The translations under genes were made by a program, and so were the position numbers. Below the pieces are notes generated by a model that did not search any database, was not told the DNA's origin, and was given only the letters and a program-made list of their open reading frames with translations. Positions 1 to 9,924 of a stretch of 64,000 bases of DNA are shown here, in pieces. The stretch spans positions 160,001-224,000 of IMG/VR virus record IMGVR_UViG_3300028591_005215; one strand, written 5' to 3'. Position 1 is the first letter of the stretch; every line of letters begins with the position of its first letter. Origin of the DNA: a virus (lineage: Duplodnaviria; Caudoviricetes).

Positions 1-25
1 TTATTCGCAAACTTTTTCGATTAAA

Positions 26-643
26 GTGATGGGGTATATTATAAGGAAAGAGGATTACAAAGTAACAAGAGTGCCATCAAGATTTATTGTTAAGTTTCTT
101 GATTCTGAAGAAACTAAGAAAAATAAAAGAATTACTGATTTCGATTTAAAAACAAATAAGATTGTTAGTGAACTTGAATGCGGTGTTCCTTATGACACAG
201 TAGATATACGCAAAAAACGTGGCTCTGTAATTCTTAAAGAAGAAGAATTGCCTGATAATTGTTGCATTAAAGATGAAGAAGACAAATACCATAATAAATC
301 ACTTGAATATGAAATTACAATACCAAATTGTGAAAGCGGAATAACATTCGCTGTAGAATCAGATATGGTTTTAACGGAAGTTACAACCGAAAACGTATAC
401 GATTTTACAATTTATACAAATAATGAGTTTACTGACTTAGATTTTGATGTATCTTTTTTAAAGGAAGATGAAATTAAAATTAATATAACAAGGGATGATT
501 TATATTCTGATTCTAAAATAATAATTAAAGGGTATGACCCTAATATTATAGTGGATATTACTGAAAATAAAGAATCAGAACTTGACACAACACCTGTTAA
601 CGAAAAAATCATTGTAGATGGTAACGATAAAGATATTGATTGA
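26..643 (+). CDS. hypothetical acidic phage protein
   Basis: 205-aa ORF; no recognisable motif. Confidence 0.6.
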   Translation: MMGYIIRKEDYKVTRVPSRFIVKFLDSEETKKNKRITDFDLKTNKIVSELECGVPYDTVDIRKKRGSVILKEEELPDNCCIKDEEDKYHNKSLEYEITIPNCESGITFAVESDMVLTEVTTENVYDFTIYTNNEFTDLDFDVSFLKEDEIKINITRDDLYSDSKIIIKGYDPNIIVDITENKESELDTTPVNEKIIVDGNDKDID

Positions 644-914
644 TTTAGAAAAAAAATTACTAGATATTGATAATTCAGATTTAAAATACAATCTTGAATT
701 AAATGATTTATTATTACTTAAAAAATACTTAAAAAGCATAGGTGAAATCACTGATTTATTTTTTAATTTGCAAGTAGATTATGCTAATACAATTAAAGAT
801 GAAGAAAATTATGTTGATTTGCTAATTTCTTATCGTGAAAAATTATTAAAAAACAACATAAATTTTGATGTAACTGATGTTAAAGAATTTATTAATAGGA
901 TAAATAGTATCTAA
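618..914 (+). CDS. hypothetical protein
   Basis: 98-aa ORF overlapping the previous gene. Confidence 0.55.
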   Translation: MVTIKILIDLEKKLLDIDNSDLKYNLELNDLLLLKKYLKSIGEITDLFFNLQVDYANTIKDEENYVDLLISYREKLLKNNINFDVTDVKEFINRINSI

Positions 915-1005
915 TCTATTTTTTTTATAATATAATTAAATTTATTGGTTATATCAAATATTTATTATTAAATAATAAAATAATTAAGACAAAATATTTC
1001 AAATT

Positions 1006-4000
1006 ATGGCAGATAATGCAAGGGGTGTACATGTATCGCCTGGCGTTTACTCACGTGAAATTGATATGACTTATGCAGTTAAGAGTCTTGGTATTACGAC
1101 TTTAGGCCTTGCAGGTGAAACCTTAAAAGGTCCTGCTTTTCAGCCAATGTCAATCTCTAACTGGCGTGAATTTGTAAACACATTTGGTGGTACTAGCACT
1201 GAAAAATTTAAAGGTAGCCAATATCCTAAATACGAATTACCATATGTAGCAAAATCTTACCTCACACAGTCTAATCAGCTTGAAGTTGTACGTGTGTTAG
1301 GGCTTAGCGGATATAATGCAGGTCCTGCATGGGTTATTACAGCTAAAATGGAAGGAACACAAGATAGTATGGTAGTTGCTGTGTTACGTTCAAGAGCAGA
1401 TTATCAAAAGTACTATAAATTCAACAGTGCAAATGGTACCTGTACTTGCCCAACTGATTCATATGATAAATTAGTATATCGTGTAGGTGAACTTACTAAA
1501 GATACAGACGCTTGTAAAAAACCTACATTGTACAATAAGAATGCACTTAACTTAGCGCCTTATGTTTCTTTATATTCAACAGGTAACGATTGCTCAGAAT
1601 ATAATTTCTCTGGAAGTGAAGAAACATATAGTATATCTTCTACAAATTTAGGCAGATTTAAAATCCAAGGTGTGACAGGTGAAACAAGTGGGACATCATA
1701 TACAAGCGATGCACCTAATGGTTTTGAATACGCAGTTTCTCTGAATCCTAATGATAAAGAATATATTATTAATGTTTTGGGTACTGACCCAGTAAATGGT
1801 GACGCTCCTATTTATGTGGAAGAATTATATGATGTCGCTTTAGAGCAAGCAATTGCAAATACAGGTAGTACTCACGCAACAGCAATTAATAGTGAATTGA
1901 CTTTCTATCAAGTGCTTTATCCAACAGAATTTTCAAGTATTGAACCTGTTAATGGCTTACTTAGAAAACCAGAAGCTTCTTTGACAAGGAAAGATTTAGG
2001 CTTAAGATATTTGGCTGATAAAGAGGTTGTTGGTAAAGCAGGGTTTACTGCGCACATATTTAATAGTGGTGAAACAATTACTAATGAAGCTGAAAATTTA
2101 GCTGTAGGTAAAATTTATACTGTAGCTCAATACACAGATAATAAAGGCAGTAGGCATTACGTTTATAAACGATATGATTACTATGATAATCCTGAAGATG
2201 GTGGTGACTATGTTGATGTTTTAAAATCACCAGGTATACTTATTAATGGTAATAAAGTTACGACACCAGCTAACGCAAAATACACTTTAGTTAAGAACTT
2301 AGCTGATGATTTGTATTATCGTTTAAATAAGGTAGGTGATGACCTTACATTTGTAAATTGTGACTTAAATAACTATAAATCAGCTTACCGATATTCATCA
2401 ACACCTTGGATTGTATCTAACTTGATGGGTGATTACAATCATATTGAATTGAAGAAATTGTTTAGATTCCATACAATTTCTGATGGTAATATGTCTGTTA
2501 ATGAAGTTAAGGTTTCAATTGAAAACATTAAACCTGATGAAGGTGTGTTTGATGTTGTAGTACGTGATATTAATGACACTGATGAAATTCAAGTTCCACT
2601 TGAAAAATTCTCTCATTGTTCATTAATTCCTGGGTCAAAGAATTATATTTCTTATAAGATTGGCTCATTTGACGGAATGTATGAAAGCAAGTCAAAATAT
2701 ATCACAGTTGAATGCAAGGAAAGTGACGCTGCTGAAAATGCAGTACCTGCAGGTTTCTTAGGCTACCCTTCAGTTCAGTATGGTGGAACACCAATTGTAG
2801 ATGATAGACAGTCAGGTATTACAGCACCTTTTATTAAATATAATACAACTTATGATGAAGATTTAAGAAATAGAAAACAATATTTTGGTTTGTCATCAAG
2901 AGTAGGTGTTGATTTAGATTTATTTAAATTTAAAGGTGTTGCAGCATACATTAACAAACCTTCAATGTTAACACACGGCTTCCACTTGGATTCAAGGCTT
3001 GATTTTGATGCTAACTATAATCCATTGGTTACGGTAGATGGTGAAAAAGGATATATATTCGATGCCGTTTCTAAGGGCACAAGAACATCTACATTAGACG
3101 GTGAACCAATCATTGGTGATGAATACTCAATGTATGGCTCAATTTATGAAAATGTATCATTACGTAAGTTCACTGTTTATTTCTATGGTGGATTTGATGG
3201 TTGGGATGTATTTAGGACATCAAGAAGTAACACTGATGACTTTAAACTCTCTAAGTATTTAGGCAAATATAACAAGACTACAGGTGAAGGTTATTCATTT
3301 GATAGAATTGCTGACCCTGAGTCATTAGGCTTAAATCAGAATGGTCTGACATCTGACTGGTATGCTTATCTTGCAGCTATTAGACAATTCTCTAACCCTG
3401 AATCAGTTGATATTAATGTTTTTGCCACACCAGGTATTGATTATGTAAACAATAAAACTCTTGTAGAAGAAACAATTGATATGCTTGAACAGGAAAGAGC
3501 TGACTCTATCTACGTTGTGACAACACCTGATAAACCATTTGGTGTTGGTGATTATGTAGATGAAATGTTTACACCTGAAGAAGCTGTGTACAATTTGGAA
3601 GAATCGGAAATTACGTCTAACTATACATGTACATATTATCCTTGGGTTAAATATCTTGACCAAGATAATAGCCAGTATATTTATTTGCCACCTACAAAGG
3701 ATGTTGTAAGAAACTTTGCACAAACTGATAATTCTGCTTATCCTTGGTTTGCACCTGCAGGCCTTGAACGTGGCGATGTTAATTGTGTAAAAGCACACTA
3801 TGTTACAAAGTTGGCTGATGAAGATGAGCTTTATGATAATAGAATTAATCCAGTTAAGACATTTGCTACTGACGGTGTTAAGATTTGGGGGCAGAAAAAC
3901 TTACAGGAAACTGATACACAATTGAATCGTATAGCTGTACGTAGATTGCTGCTTCGTATGAGAAAGCTTATTGCAATTGCTTGCAGAAGTTTAATTTTTG

Positions 4001-4236
4001 AACCAAACGATTCTGTTACAAAGAATGCATTCTTATCAACTGTCACACCTATTTTGGATAATATTAGGGCAAATAGAGGTATTTCTGATTATAAAATTGA
4101 AGTAGATTCATCTGAAGAAGCAAAGGAAAGAAGAGAATTACCTGCTAAGATTTATTTTAAACCAATCAACTCATTGGAATATATTCCTATTGACTTTGTT
4201 TTAACCCCTGAAGGCGTTTCATTCGATAATATTTAA
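1006..4236 (+). CDS. contractile tail sheath protein (T4 gp18-like)
   Basis: N-term SPGVYSREID..GLAGETLKGPAFQP; C-term PWFAPAGLERG, LYDNRINPV, IWGQKNLQ, LNRIAVRRLL, LEYIPIDF. Confidence 0.95.
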   Translation: MADNARGVHVSPGVYSREIDMTYAVKSLGITTLGLAGETLKGPAFQPMSISNWREFVNTFGGTSTEKFKGSQYPKYELPYVAKSYLTQSNQLEVVRVLGLSGYNAGPAWVITAKMEGTQDSMVVAVLRSRADYQKYYKFNSANGTCTCPTDSYDKLVYRVGELTKDTDACKKPTLYNKNALNLAPYVSLYSTGNDCSEYNFSGSEETYSISSTNLGRFKIQGVTGETSGTSYTSDAPNGFEYAVSLNPNDKEYIINVLGTDPVNGDAPIYVEELYDVALEQAIANTGSTHATAINSELTFYQVLYPTEFSSIEPVNGLLRKPEASLTRKDLGLRYLADKEVVGKAGFTAHIFNSGETITNEAENLAVGKIYTVAQYTDNKGSRHYVYKRYDYYDNPEDGGDYVDVLKSPGILINGNKVTTPANAKYTLVKNLADDLYYRLNKVGDDLTFVNCDLNNYKSAYRYSSTPWIVSNLMGDYNHIELKKLFRFHTISDGNMSVNEVKVSIENIKPDEGVFDVVVRDINDTDEIQVPLEKFSHCSLIPGSKNYISYKIGSFDGMYESKSKYITVECKESDAAENAVPAGFLGYPSVQYGGTPIVDDRQSGITAPFIKYNTTYDEDLRNRKQYFGLSSRVGVDLDLFKFKGVAAYINKPSMLTHGFHLDSRLDFDANYNPLVTVDGEKGYIFDAVSKGTRTSTLDGEPIIGDEYSMYGSIYENVSLRKFTVYFYGGFDGWDVFRTSRSNTDDFKLSKYLGKYNKTTGEGYSFDRIADPESLGLNQNGLTSDWYAYLAAIRQFSNPESVDINVFATPGIDYVNNKTLVEETIDMLEQERADSIYVVTTPDKPFGVGDYVDEMFTPEEAVYNLEESEITSNYTCTYYPWVKYLDQDNSQYIYLPPTKDVVRNFAQTDNSAYPWFAPAGLERGDVNCVKAHYVTKLADEDELYDNRINPVKTFATDGVKIWGQKNLQETDTQLNRIAVRRLLLRMRKLIAIACRSLIFEPNDSVTKNAFLSTVTPILDNIRANRGISDYKIEVDSSEEAKERRELPAKIYFKPINSLEYIPIDFVLTPEGVSFDNI

Positions 4237-4243
4237 TTAATAT

Positions 4244-4280
4244 AAAAAGAGAATCCTTTGATGGTGGGTTCTCTTTTTTT
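4244..4280 (+). terminator. intrinsic terminator after sheath gene
   Basis: AAAAAGAGAATCC-loop-GGGTTCTCTTTTTTT. Confidence 0.8.
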
Positions 4281-4321
4281 ATTTGTATTATATTTATATA
4301 TAAATTAAACGTTTAATAATT

Positions 4322-4696
4322 ATGAAAAGGAAAAATAGTTATATTCACAAAGTATTAGATGACCTGAATGATACAATGCGTTATCTAAACGAAGACTATA
4401 TATTTAATGAAGGTGATGAAGACCAAATGATGGATGATATGGAAATGAGTCAAGGTATTCAACAGCAAGGAAACCATATGCAGCAGCAAGATGATGGTGA
4501 TAATGCTGAACAAAAAGCAATGCATGTCCATGAAATAATTCAGCATGAACCAATCATTCAGAAAATACGTCAAACTGCAATTGATGGGTTGAGAAAATAT
4601 GCAGAAGACCCAACATCATCAATATATGAATTTTTCAAAAAGGTATTTTTGGAAAGCGATAAAGTATTAACTGATGACGGTTCTAGTAACAAATAA
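4322..4696 (+). CDS. hypothetical protein
   Basis: 124-aa ORF, Q/D-rich middle, preceded by TATTTAT at 4291. Confidence 0.7.
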   Translation: MKRKNSYIHKVLDDLNDTMRYLNEDYIFNEGDEDQMMDDMEMSQGIQQQGNHMQQQDDGDNAEQKAMHVHEIIQHEPIIQKIRQTAIDGLRKYAEDPTSSIYEFFKKVFLESDKVLTDDGSSNK

Positions 4697-4764
4697 TACA
4701 ATTATATTGACTGATGCACAAATCACCAATAACACATAAAAAATAACATTAAAATTATAATATT

Positions 4765-5169
4765 ATGGTAATAAACGAAAACTATTTACATAAAGTAATT
4801 GAAGAAAATATTCAGCAAGTCATCAATGAAAATGATGAAAATGAAGGCTTTAAAGATATGGTTAAAAGTGGGGCTAATGCAGTAAGTGCATTTTTTGGAA
4901 ATGGTCCTGGTAATTCTGAAAGAAGAAGACCTGCGCCAAATGATACTGAATTTCCATATAACCTTAATAAGCGATTTAAAGCTGCTGCGACTAATTTTAA
5001 AGCATCTAATTCATATTATAAAGCCCAAGAACTTATTAACACTTTAATGCCGTTAGCCAAAAGATACGGTGGAAATGCAACACTTTCCCAAGTTATAAGG
5101 TCAGCTCAAAGTATGAAGGGTAATGCCAATAGTAGACGTAGTAGGTCAATTAATAACATTTACAATTAA
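4765..5169 (+). CDS. hypothetical protein with N-terminal RLTESDLH-like tag variant
   Basis: starts MVINENYLHKVIEENIQQVINE. Confidence 0.7.
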   Translation: MVINENYLHKVIEENIQQVINENDENEGFKDMVKSGANAVSAFFGNGPGNSERRRPAPNDTEFPYNLNKRFKAAATNFKASNSYYKAQELINTLMPLAKRYGGNATLSQVIRSAQSMKGNANSRRSRSINNIYN

Positions 5170-5615
5170 CAAATCTTATTAATTAGCCAATTTAACATTA
5201 TAAGGAAAACGTTATGTTTTCTATTTTTTTCCTTAAGGAGTAATTCTTTACATTTGTGAGTTTTTAAAATATGACTCCCATCTAAAGGAATTACTCTTTT
5301 TCTTTCTTGATAGATTCTTGCACATTCAGCCTTGAAATTATTACCATGATTACTAAAATCATTTTTACCAATCATTGACAATTTCAAATGAATCATTTCG
5401 TGTGTAATTATATCAGATAATTCTTCTTTATCCCATAAGAACATGTCACTAACAAATATTTTATATTTGTTTTTTGTTTGTCTTACAAAACCAGCTACAT
5501 TATGTATTGAATGGTCAATGGCAAATGTTATGTTTTTAGTTGGTAATTCATTGTTGAAATAATTGTTATTATTATCCAAATAATAACTTTTAATAATGCT
5601 TTTCGTTAATTTCAT
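5166..5615 (-). CDS. SprT-like zinc metalloprotease
   Basis: DIITHEMIH (HExxH) followed by NHGNNFKAEC (SprT-type HG..F). Confidence 0.75.
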   Translation of the reverse strand: MKLTKSIIKSYYLDNNNNYFNNELPTKNITFAIDHSIHNVAGFVRQTKNKYKIFVSDMFLWDKEELSDIITHEMIHLKLSMIGKNDFSNHGNNFKAECARIYQERKRVIPLDGSHILKTHKCKELLLKEKNRKHNVFLIMLNWLINKIC

Positions 5616-5672
5616 ATTTTTTTATTTTGAATATAACGCTTTGTTTTTAATAAAACAATAGAATTAACATTT

Positions 5673-7535
5673 TTAACGTTCTAAAATCTTGTTAAATACC
5701 ATAACGCCATTTGTAGGGGAAATGTACATTTGGTTAGAATTAATTAATTTATTTATTTCATCATTTTTAAATGGTTTTCTCATTGTTGCAGTTCTTTTAA
5801 TAGAGTTGACATTCATAAACCCAGGAACCCATTTCGTAAATTCAAATCCACTATTCTGTAAGCTTTTTCCATTATTATGGTCAGCGTCCACATAGAATAT
5901 TAATTTTTTAACATTTATAATTTTATTAGCTATTTTAATTTGTTTATAATTTTTTTCAAAAAAATTAAGTAACTTCGATGAGCCACCAACTACATGCGAA
6001 TTTAGAATTGTAGATACCCTTATAACTTCCAACGTATCTAACTTATCAGACCTGCCATAGAAATTACTTCCAAAAGTGTATACCATGACTAAATCGCCTT
6101 TTTTAAAGTTACCGCAATCTTTTTTCAAATAAAGTCCAAGATTTACTTTAGCAGGTCTATATCCATAGAAGCAATTCTTATCCAAGAATGCTTTCAATTC
6201 ATTGTTTGGTACTTCGTGTATTTCACAATTTCTTGCAAATATTTTATTTTCGCATAGATTACAAGCATATCTGATATATGATTTAATGACTTCCCATTTA
6301 CGTTTATAGCCATTTTTTTCTTCAATCATTTCATAATCTTTAATCCAAATGACATTATACCCATCGCTATTATATTTTTTAGTTTCTGAAATAAAAAAAG
6401 ATGGTGATACACCAACCCCTTCTTCATTTTTCTTTCTATAATCATAACTGTTAACGTATATTATTTTTAAATTGCTATCGTTAATAGTAAAAATATCTTG
6501 TAAAGACATATAAGAGGAATCATGTACTATCTTATTAACTTCATAAGTGAATTTAACGTTTAATGATTTGAGGAAATTGTGTATTTCTGAAATATTTTTC
6601 TTGTCTATATTTATAGTTTCATCAATTGATTTAATCAATTCATTTGAATTGTTTATGATTTCTTTGTCATATTTTTCATTTGCAAAATAAAGTAATTTGA
6701 CGCCATTTTTGATGCATTTTTCCAACTTAATTTTATCTCTATTTTGAATTGTTTCCAATGATTCAGAAAATCTGTTTGGTTTGTAATGTTGTTCACCTTG
6801 GCATTCTATTGCTACGTTATAATCAGGTAAATAAAAATCCAATGATTGCTTTTCAAGCCACTTTTCCCTATATTGTGGAATGTATTTAATTGAGTTATCT
6901 GCAAGAATAGATTCCACTATTTTTTCAAGATTGTTTTCATTACATTTAGGGCATCCTTTACCTTGTAAATGATTATGTGGTGTTTGTGAAAAATCTCCGT
7001 GCTTACTGCAAGTTATTATAACATTTGTTGTGTTATTTATGTATTTTACTTTATCATAAGTATATTTTCCATTGTGAACTAATTTAGCTTTAGCTATGAA
7101 ATCTTCAGTGTTTGAAGCAAAATATTTTGAGAGCTTTTCACTTTTGCATTTAGGACATCCACATCCTGAAAGATGATTAGTTGCACTAACATTCCACCAT
7201 CCATGTTCTTTACCATCTGCCCCTAAGCATTTACAATAAACAGGAATGTTTTTAGTTTTAGCATCTATATACTTAAAATCACCATAAGAATATTTTGAAT
7301 TATGCACTTCATTGAACTTTTTAATCAGTTCATCGTTAGTATGCTTCTTTTTATCTGAAAGTTCTATTGGCATATGGTGTGCTAAGTGATGCTTTGGTGT
7401 TTGCTCAACCCTAATTCCATTATACCATAGAACTACAGGTATATTATTCTTAACATAAACAACATCTTTATAGTCAAACACATTTTCGCCCCAAACCTTT
7501 TTAGCTTTATCAATAAATTTTTTTGTCTTATCCAT
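5673..7535 (-). CDS. free-standing (Hef-like) endonuclease: 3 Zn-repeats (first degenerate), Vsr/PD-(D/E)XK domain, degenerate second nuclease-like segment, GNAT-like C-terminal domain
   Basis: CSKHGDFSQTPHNHLQGKGCPKC; SLDFYLPDYNVAIECQGEQHY; KIFARNC...VVGGSSKLL. Start moved from 7565 to ATG 7535 (MDKTKKF), which resembles paralog starts and overlaps the upstream stop. Confidence 0.75.
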   Translation of the reverse strand: MDKTKKFIDKAKKVWGENVFDYKDVVYVKNNIPVVLWYNGIRVEQTPKHHLAHHMPIELSDKKKHTNDELIKKFNEVHNSKYSYGDFKYIDAKTKNIPVYCKCLGADGKEHGWWNVSATNHLSGCGCPKCKSEKLSKYFASNTEDFIAKAKLVHNGKYTYDKVKYINNTTNVIITCSKHGDFSQTPHNHLQGKGCPKCNENNLEKIVESILADNSIKYIPQYREKWLEKQSLDFYLPDYNVAIECQGEQHYKPNRFSESLETIQNRDKIKLEKCIKNGVKLLYFANEKYDKEIINNSNELIKSIDETINIDKKNISEIHNFLKSLNVKFTYEVNKIVHDSSYMSLQDIFTINDSNLKIIYVNSYDYRKKNEEGVGVSPSFFISETKKYNSDGYNVIWIKDYEMIEEKNGYKRKWEVIKSYIRYACNLCENKIFARNCEIHEVPNNELKAFLDKNCFYGYRPAKVNLGLYLKKDCGNFKKGDLVMVYTFGSNFYGRSDKLDTLEVIRVSTILNSHVVGGSSKLLNFFEKNYKQIKIANKIINVKKLIFYVDADHNNGKSLQNSGFEFTKWVPGFMNVNSIKRTATMRKPFKNDEINKLINSNQMYISPTNGVMVFNKILER

Positions 7536-9171
7536 TCCATTCCCAGACTTTACACCCACAGTCATATATTCTATATATTTTTCTTTCTAACATTATTTCA
7601 TGCTCCGATTTATTTTTATCAAAGCCTTCTTTAATTAATTTATCTTTTCTGTATTTAAATCTGTTTTCTCTTTGTCTATTTATAACGTAATAATAATTAG
7701 GACTTGAATTACGTAGAAATTTAAACCCTAAATTATGGTACATACCACCTTTAAACCATCTGTTATCAGAATAGCTTATTATCTTAGATGGGTGATTGTT
7801 TTCTATAAAATACTTAAATAATTTGCTTGCACCGCCTATGACGTTAGTACCTAATTTATTGCAAAATCTAATTAATTCATATTCCCCATCTTTCGGTTTT
7901 AGTCCCAAATTTATTCTTAAAGGACTAAAACACATTAATGAAACAATTTCACCTTTAAAATACAGACCTATGTCAATAGAACTACCAACATTACCCTGTA
8001 TGTGATTATTGTTAAGAAAAATTGCTTTTTCTTTTTTATCAACTTTTTTTAGCTCGCATTTTCTTGCATATATTTTATTGTTGCTTTGTAATAAAATATT
8101 TGAAATTATACTTTTAACTATTGTTTGCTTATTTATCCATTCATCTTCAAATATATGTATTAATCTTACCCCTTTGCTTTCACATTCAATTGTTTTGTTT
8201 AAATGATAAGATTTATCTTTAAATTCTTCAGAATGCCAATGCAAACCATCACACTCAATACCTAAATGTGCTTTAGGGATAAAAATATCAAGTTCATTTT
8301 TGTCATCTAATATGTTCCTATTCGATTGTTCTGCTGATGAATCAATTTTGTGGACAAAAGAAAATAATTCATCTTCAAATTTTGAAATTATTCTACCTTT
8401 GCCACATCTTGGGCATCCATGACCAGATAAATGGTCGTTTGGACATTGTAAAAAATCACCGTGCTTTTTACATGTTATTACGCATAAGTCTTTTGCTGAT
8501 ATATAATTTGTTTTTGAATAGTCATATTTATCACCATGAACAGATTTTGCGAGTTTAATAAATTCTTCTGTTGTATGTTTTTTGTGCCTATTTTTAATAG
8601 AACATTTGGGGCATCCTTGTCCTAATAAATGTTTTGAAGGAGTTTGCCAAAATTCGCCATGTTCAGGACATATTATACAAACTTTCTTATGCATTAACTC
8701 GTAATTTACTTTACTGTAATCATATCTATTATTTGAATGTTTTTTATTAAACAAATCTATCAATTCATTAGTTGTTAATTTTTTACCACTGCACTTAGGA
8801 CATCCTTGCCCATTAAGATGGTTTAATGGTTTTTGGTAAAAAGAGCCATGTGTATTACAAATTATTTCAACGTTAGTATTTGAATTAACATATTCAACTT
8901 TTGAATAATCATATTTATCGCCATGAACAGATTTTGCTTTCTTAATAAATTCTTCAGTGGAAGAACGCTTTTTACTTCCACGTCCTTTATTAGAACACAT
9001 AGGGCATCTATTACCACGAATATGATTAGCAGGTGTTTGCCAAAATTCACCATGTTCTGGACAAACTATACAAACCTTAGTTTGACTATTGACGTAGCAA
9101 ACTTTTGAATAGTCATATTTATTTCCGTGAACAGATTTTGCTTTTTTAATAAATTTATCTAATTTATCCAT
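7528..9171 (-). CDS. free-standing (Hef-like) endonuclease: 4 Zn-repeats, Vsr/PD-(D/E)XK domain, GNAT-like C-terminal domain
   Basis: 4x KYDYSK..Y....KV.I.CxxHGxFxQxPxxHLxGxGCPxC; ELDIFIP..LGIECDGLHWHS; IYARKC..VIGGASKLF..YHNLGF..IYDCG. Confidence 0.8.
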   Translation of the reverse strand: MDKLDKFIKKAKSVHGNKYDYSKVCYVNSQTKVCIVCPEHGEFWQTPANHIRGNRCPMCSNKGRGSKKRSSTEEFIKKAKSVHGDKYDYSKVEYVNSNTNVEIICNTHGSFYQKPLNHLNGQGCPKCSGKKLTTNELIDLFNKKHSNNRYDYSKVNYELMHKKVCIICPEHGEFWQTPSKHLLGQGCPKCSIKNRHKKHTTEEFIKLAKSVHGDKYDYSKTNYISAKDLCVITCKKHGDFLQCPNDHLSGHGCPRCGKGRIISKFEDELFSFVHKIDSSAEQSNRNILDDKNELDIFIPKAHLGIECDGLHWHSEEFKDKSYHLNKTIECESKGVRLIHIFEDEWINKQTIVKSIISNILLQSNNKIYARKCELKKVDKKEKAIFLNNNHIQGNVGSSIDIGLYFKGEIVSLMCFSPLRINLGLKPKDGEYELIRFCNKLGTNVIGGASKLFKYFIENNHPSKIISYSDNRWFKGGMYHNLGFKFLRNSSPNYYYVINRQRENRFKYRKDKLIKEGFDKNKSEHEIMLERKIYRIYDCGCKVWEWNG

Positions 9172-9188
9172 AACTCTTTTTTCTTATG

Positions 9189-9219
9189 CTAATATATAAT
9201 ATTTTATTTAAATAACAAA
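9189..9219 (-). promoter_or_regulatory. Bacteroidota-type promoter for the reverse-strand nuclease cassette
   Basis: minus strand TTTG-N19-TATATTAG, 1 mismatch to TAnnTTTG. Confidence 0.5.
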
Positions 9220-9288
9220 ATATATTATTAAAATTATAAAATATAATATTTATATTATATAAAAATAAATATATTAAATATATAAAAT

Positions 9289-9777
9289 ATGTCAGATTTA
9301 CTTTTGAAGATGCCGCTCAATTATGAGCCATTAAGGAAAAATAGATGGTTATTCAGGTTCCCTGCAGATTTGGGCATTCAAGAGTGGTGGCTTTCAAGTG
9401 CATCACGTCCATCTATCACACAGGATGAAACTCAAATTCCGTTCTTGAACACATCAACTTATGTTGTTGGTAGATATACATGGGAAACAATTCAAGTAAC
9501 ATTACGTGACCCAATTGGGCCAAGTGCTTCACAGGCTATTATGGAATGGGTTCGTTTGCATTCAGAATCAGTTACAGGTAGACAGGGCTACGCAGCTGGC
9601 TATAAACGTGACGTAGAATTGGAAATGCTTGACCCTACAGGTGTTGTTGTGTCTAAGTGGATTCTTAAAAACACAATGTTAACAAATGTGTCATTTGGTG
9701 ATTTGGATTACAGTGTAAGTGACCTTGTTACAATTCAAGCTACATTAAGGTTTGATTATGCTATATTGTGCTACTAA
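9289..9777 (+). CDS. tail tube protein (T4 gp19-like)
   Basis: YEPLRKNRW..SASRPSI..GRYTWETIQVTLRDPI..MEW..YKRDV..LDPTG..FGDLDY..TLRFDYA. Confidence 0.92.
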   Translation: MSDLLLKMPLNYEPLRKNRWLFRFPADLGIQEWWLSSASRPSITQDETQIPFLNTSTYVVGRYTWETIQVTLRDPIGPSASQAIMEWVRLHSESVTGRQGYAAGYKRDVELEMLDPTGVVVSKWILKNTMLTNVSFGDLDYSVSDLVTIQATLRFDYAILCY

Positions 9778-9861
9778 TTGTCTGAAAATCAAGCAGTTAC
9801 AGCGTTTTGTTAAAGTAGCTATGAAAGAAAATAATAAAAAATAAAGAAATAGTAGCAATTT

Positions 9862-9893
9862 CTTGTAAATTAAGATATTTACTTATATATTTG
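9862..9893 (+). promoter_or_regulatory. Bacteroidota-type promoter upstream of the glycosyltransferase
   Basis: CTTG-N20-TATATTTG. Confidence 0.55.
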
Positions 9894-9924
9894 CAAAATA
9901 ATATATAGGCAAATATCTTTTTTT

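Noticed and set aside
4291-4298. Reading TATTTATA as T4-type TATAAATA promoters firing on the minus strand
   Set aside because: The motif is consistently placed just upstream of plus-strand starts, generally with no minus-strand gene to serve
9778-9830. Short matches (AAAGTAGCTAT, CAGTTACA) shared with the intergenic region 37160-37230
   Set aside because: Short, in a different order, and plausible by chance in AT-rich DNA
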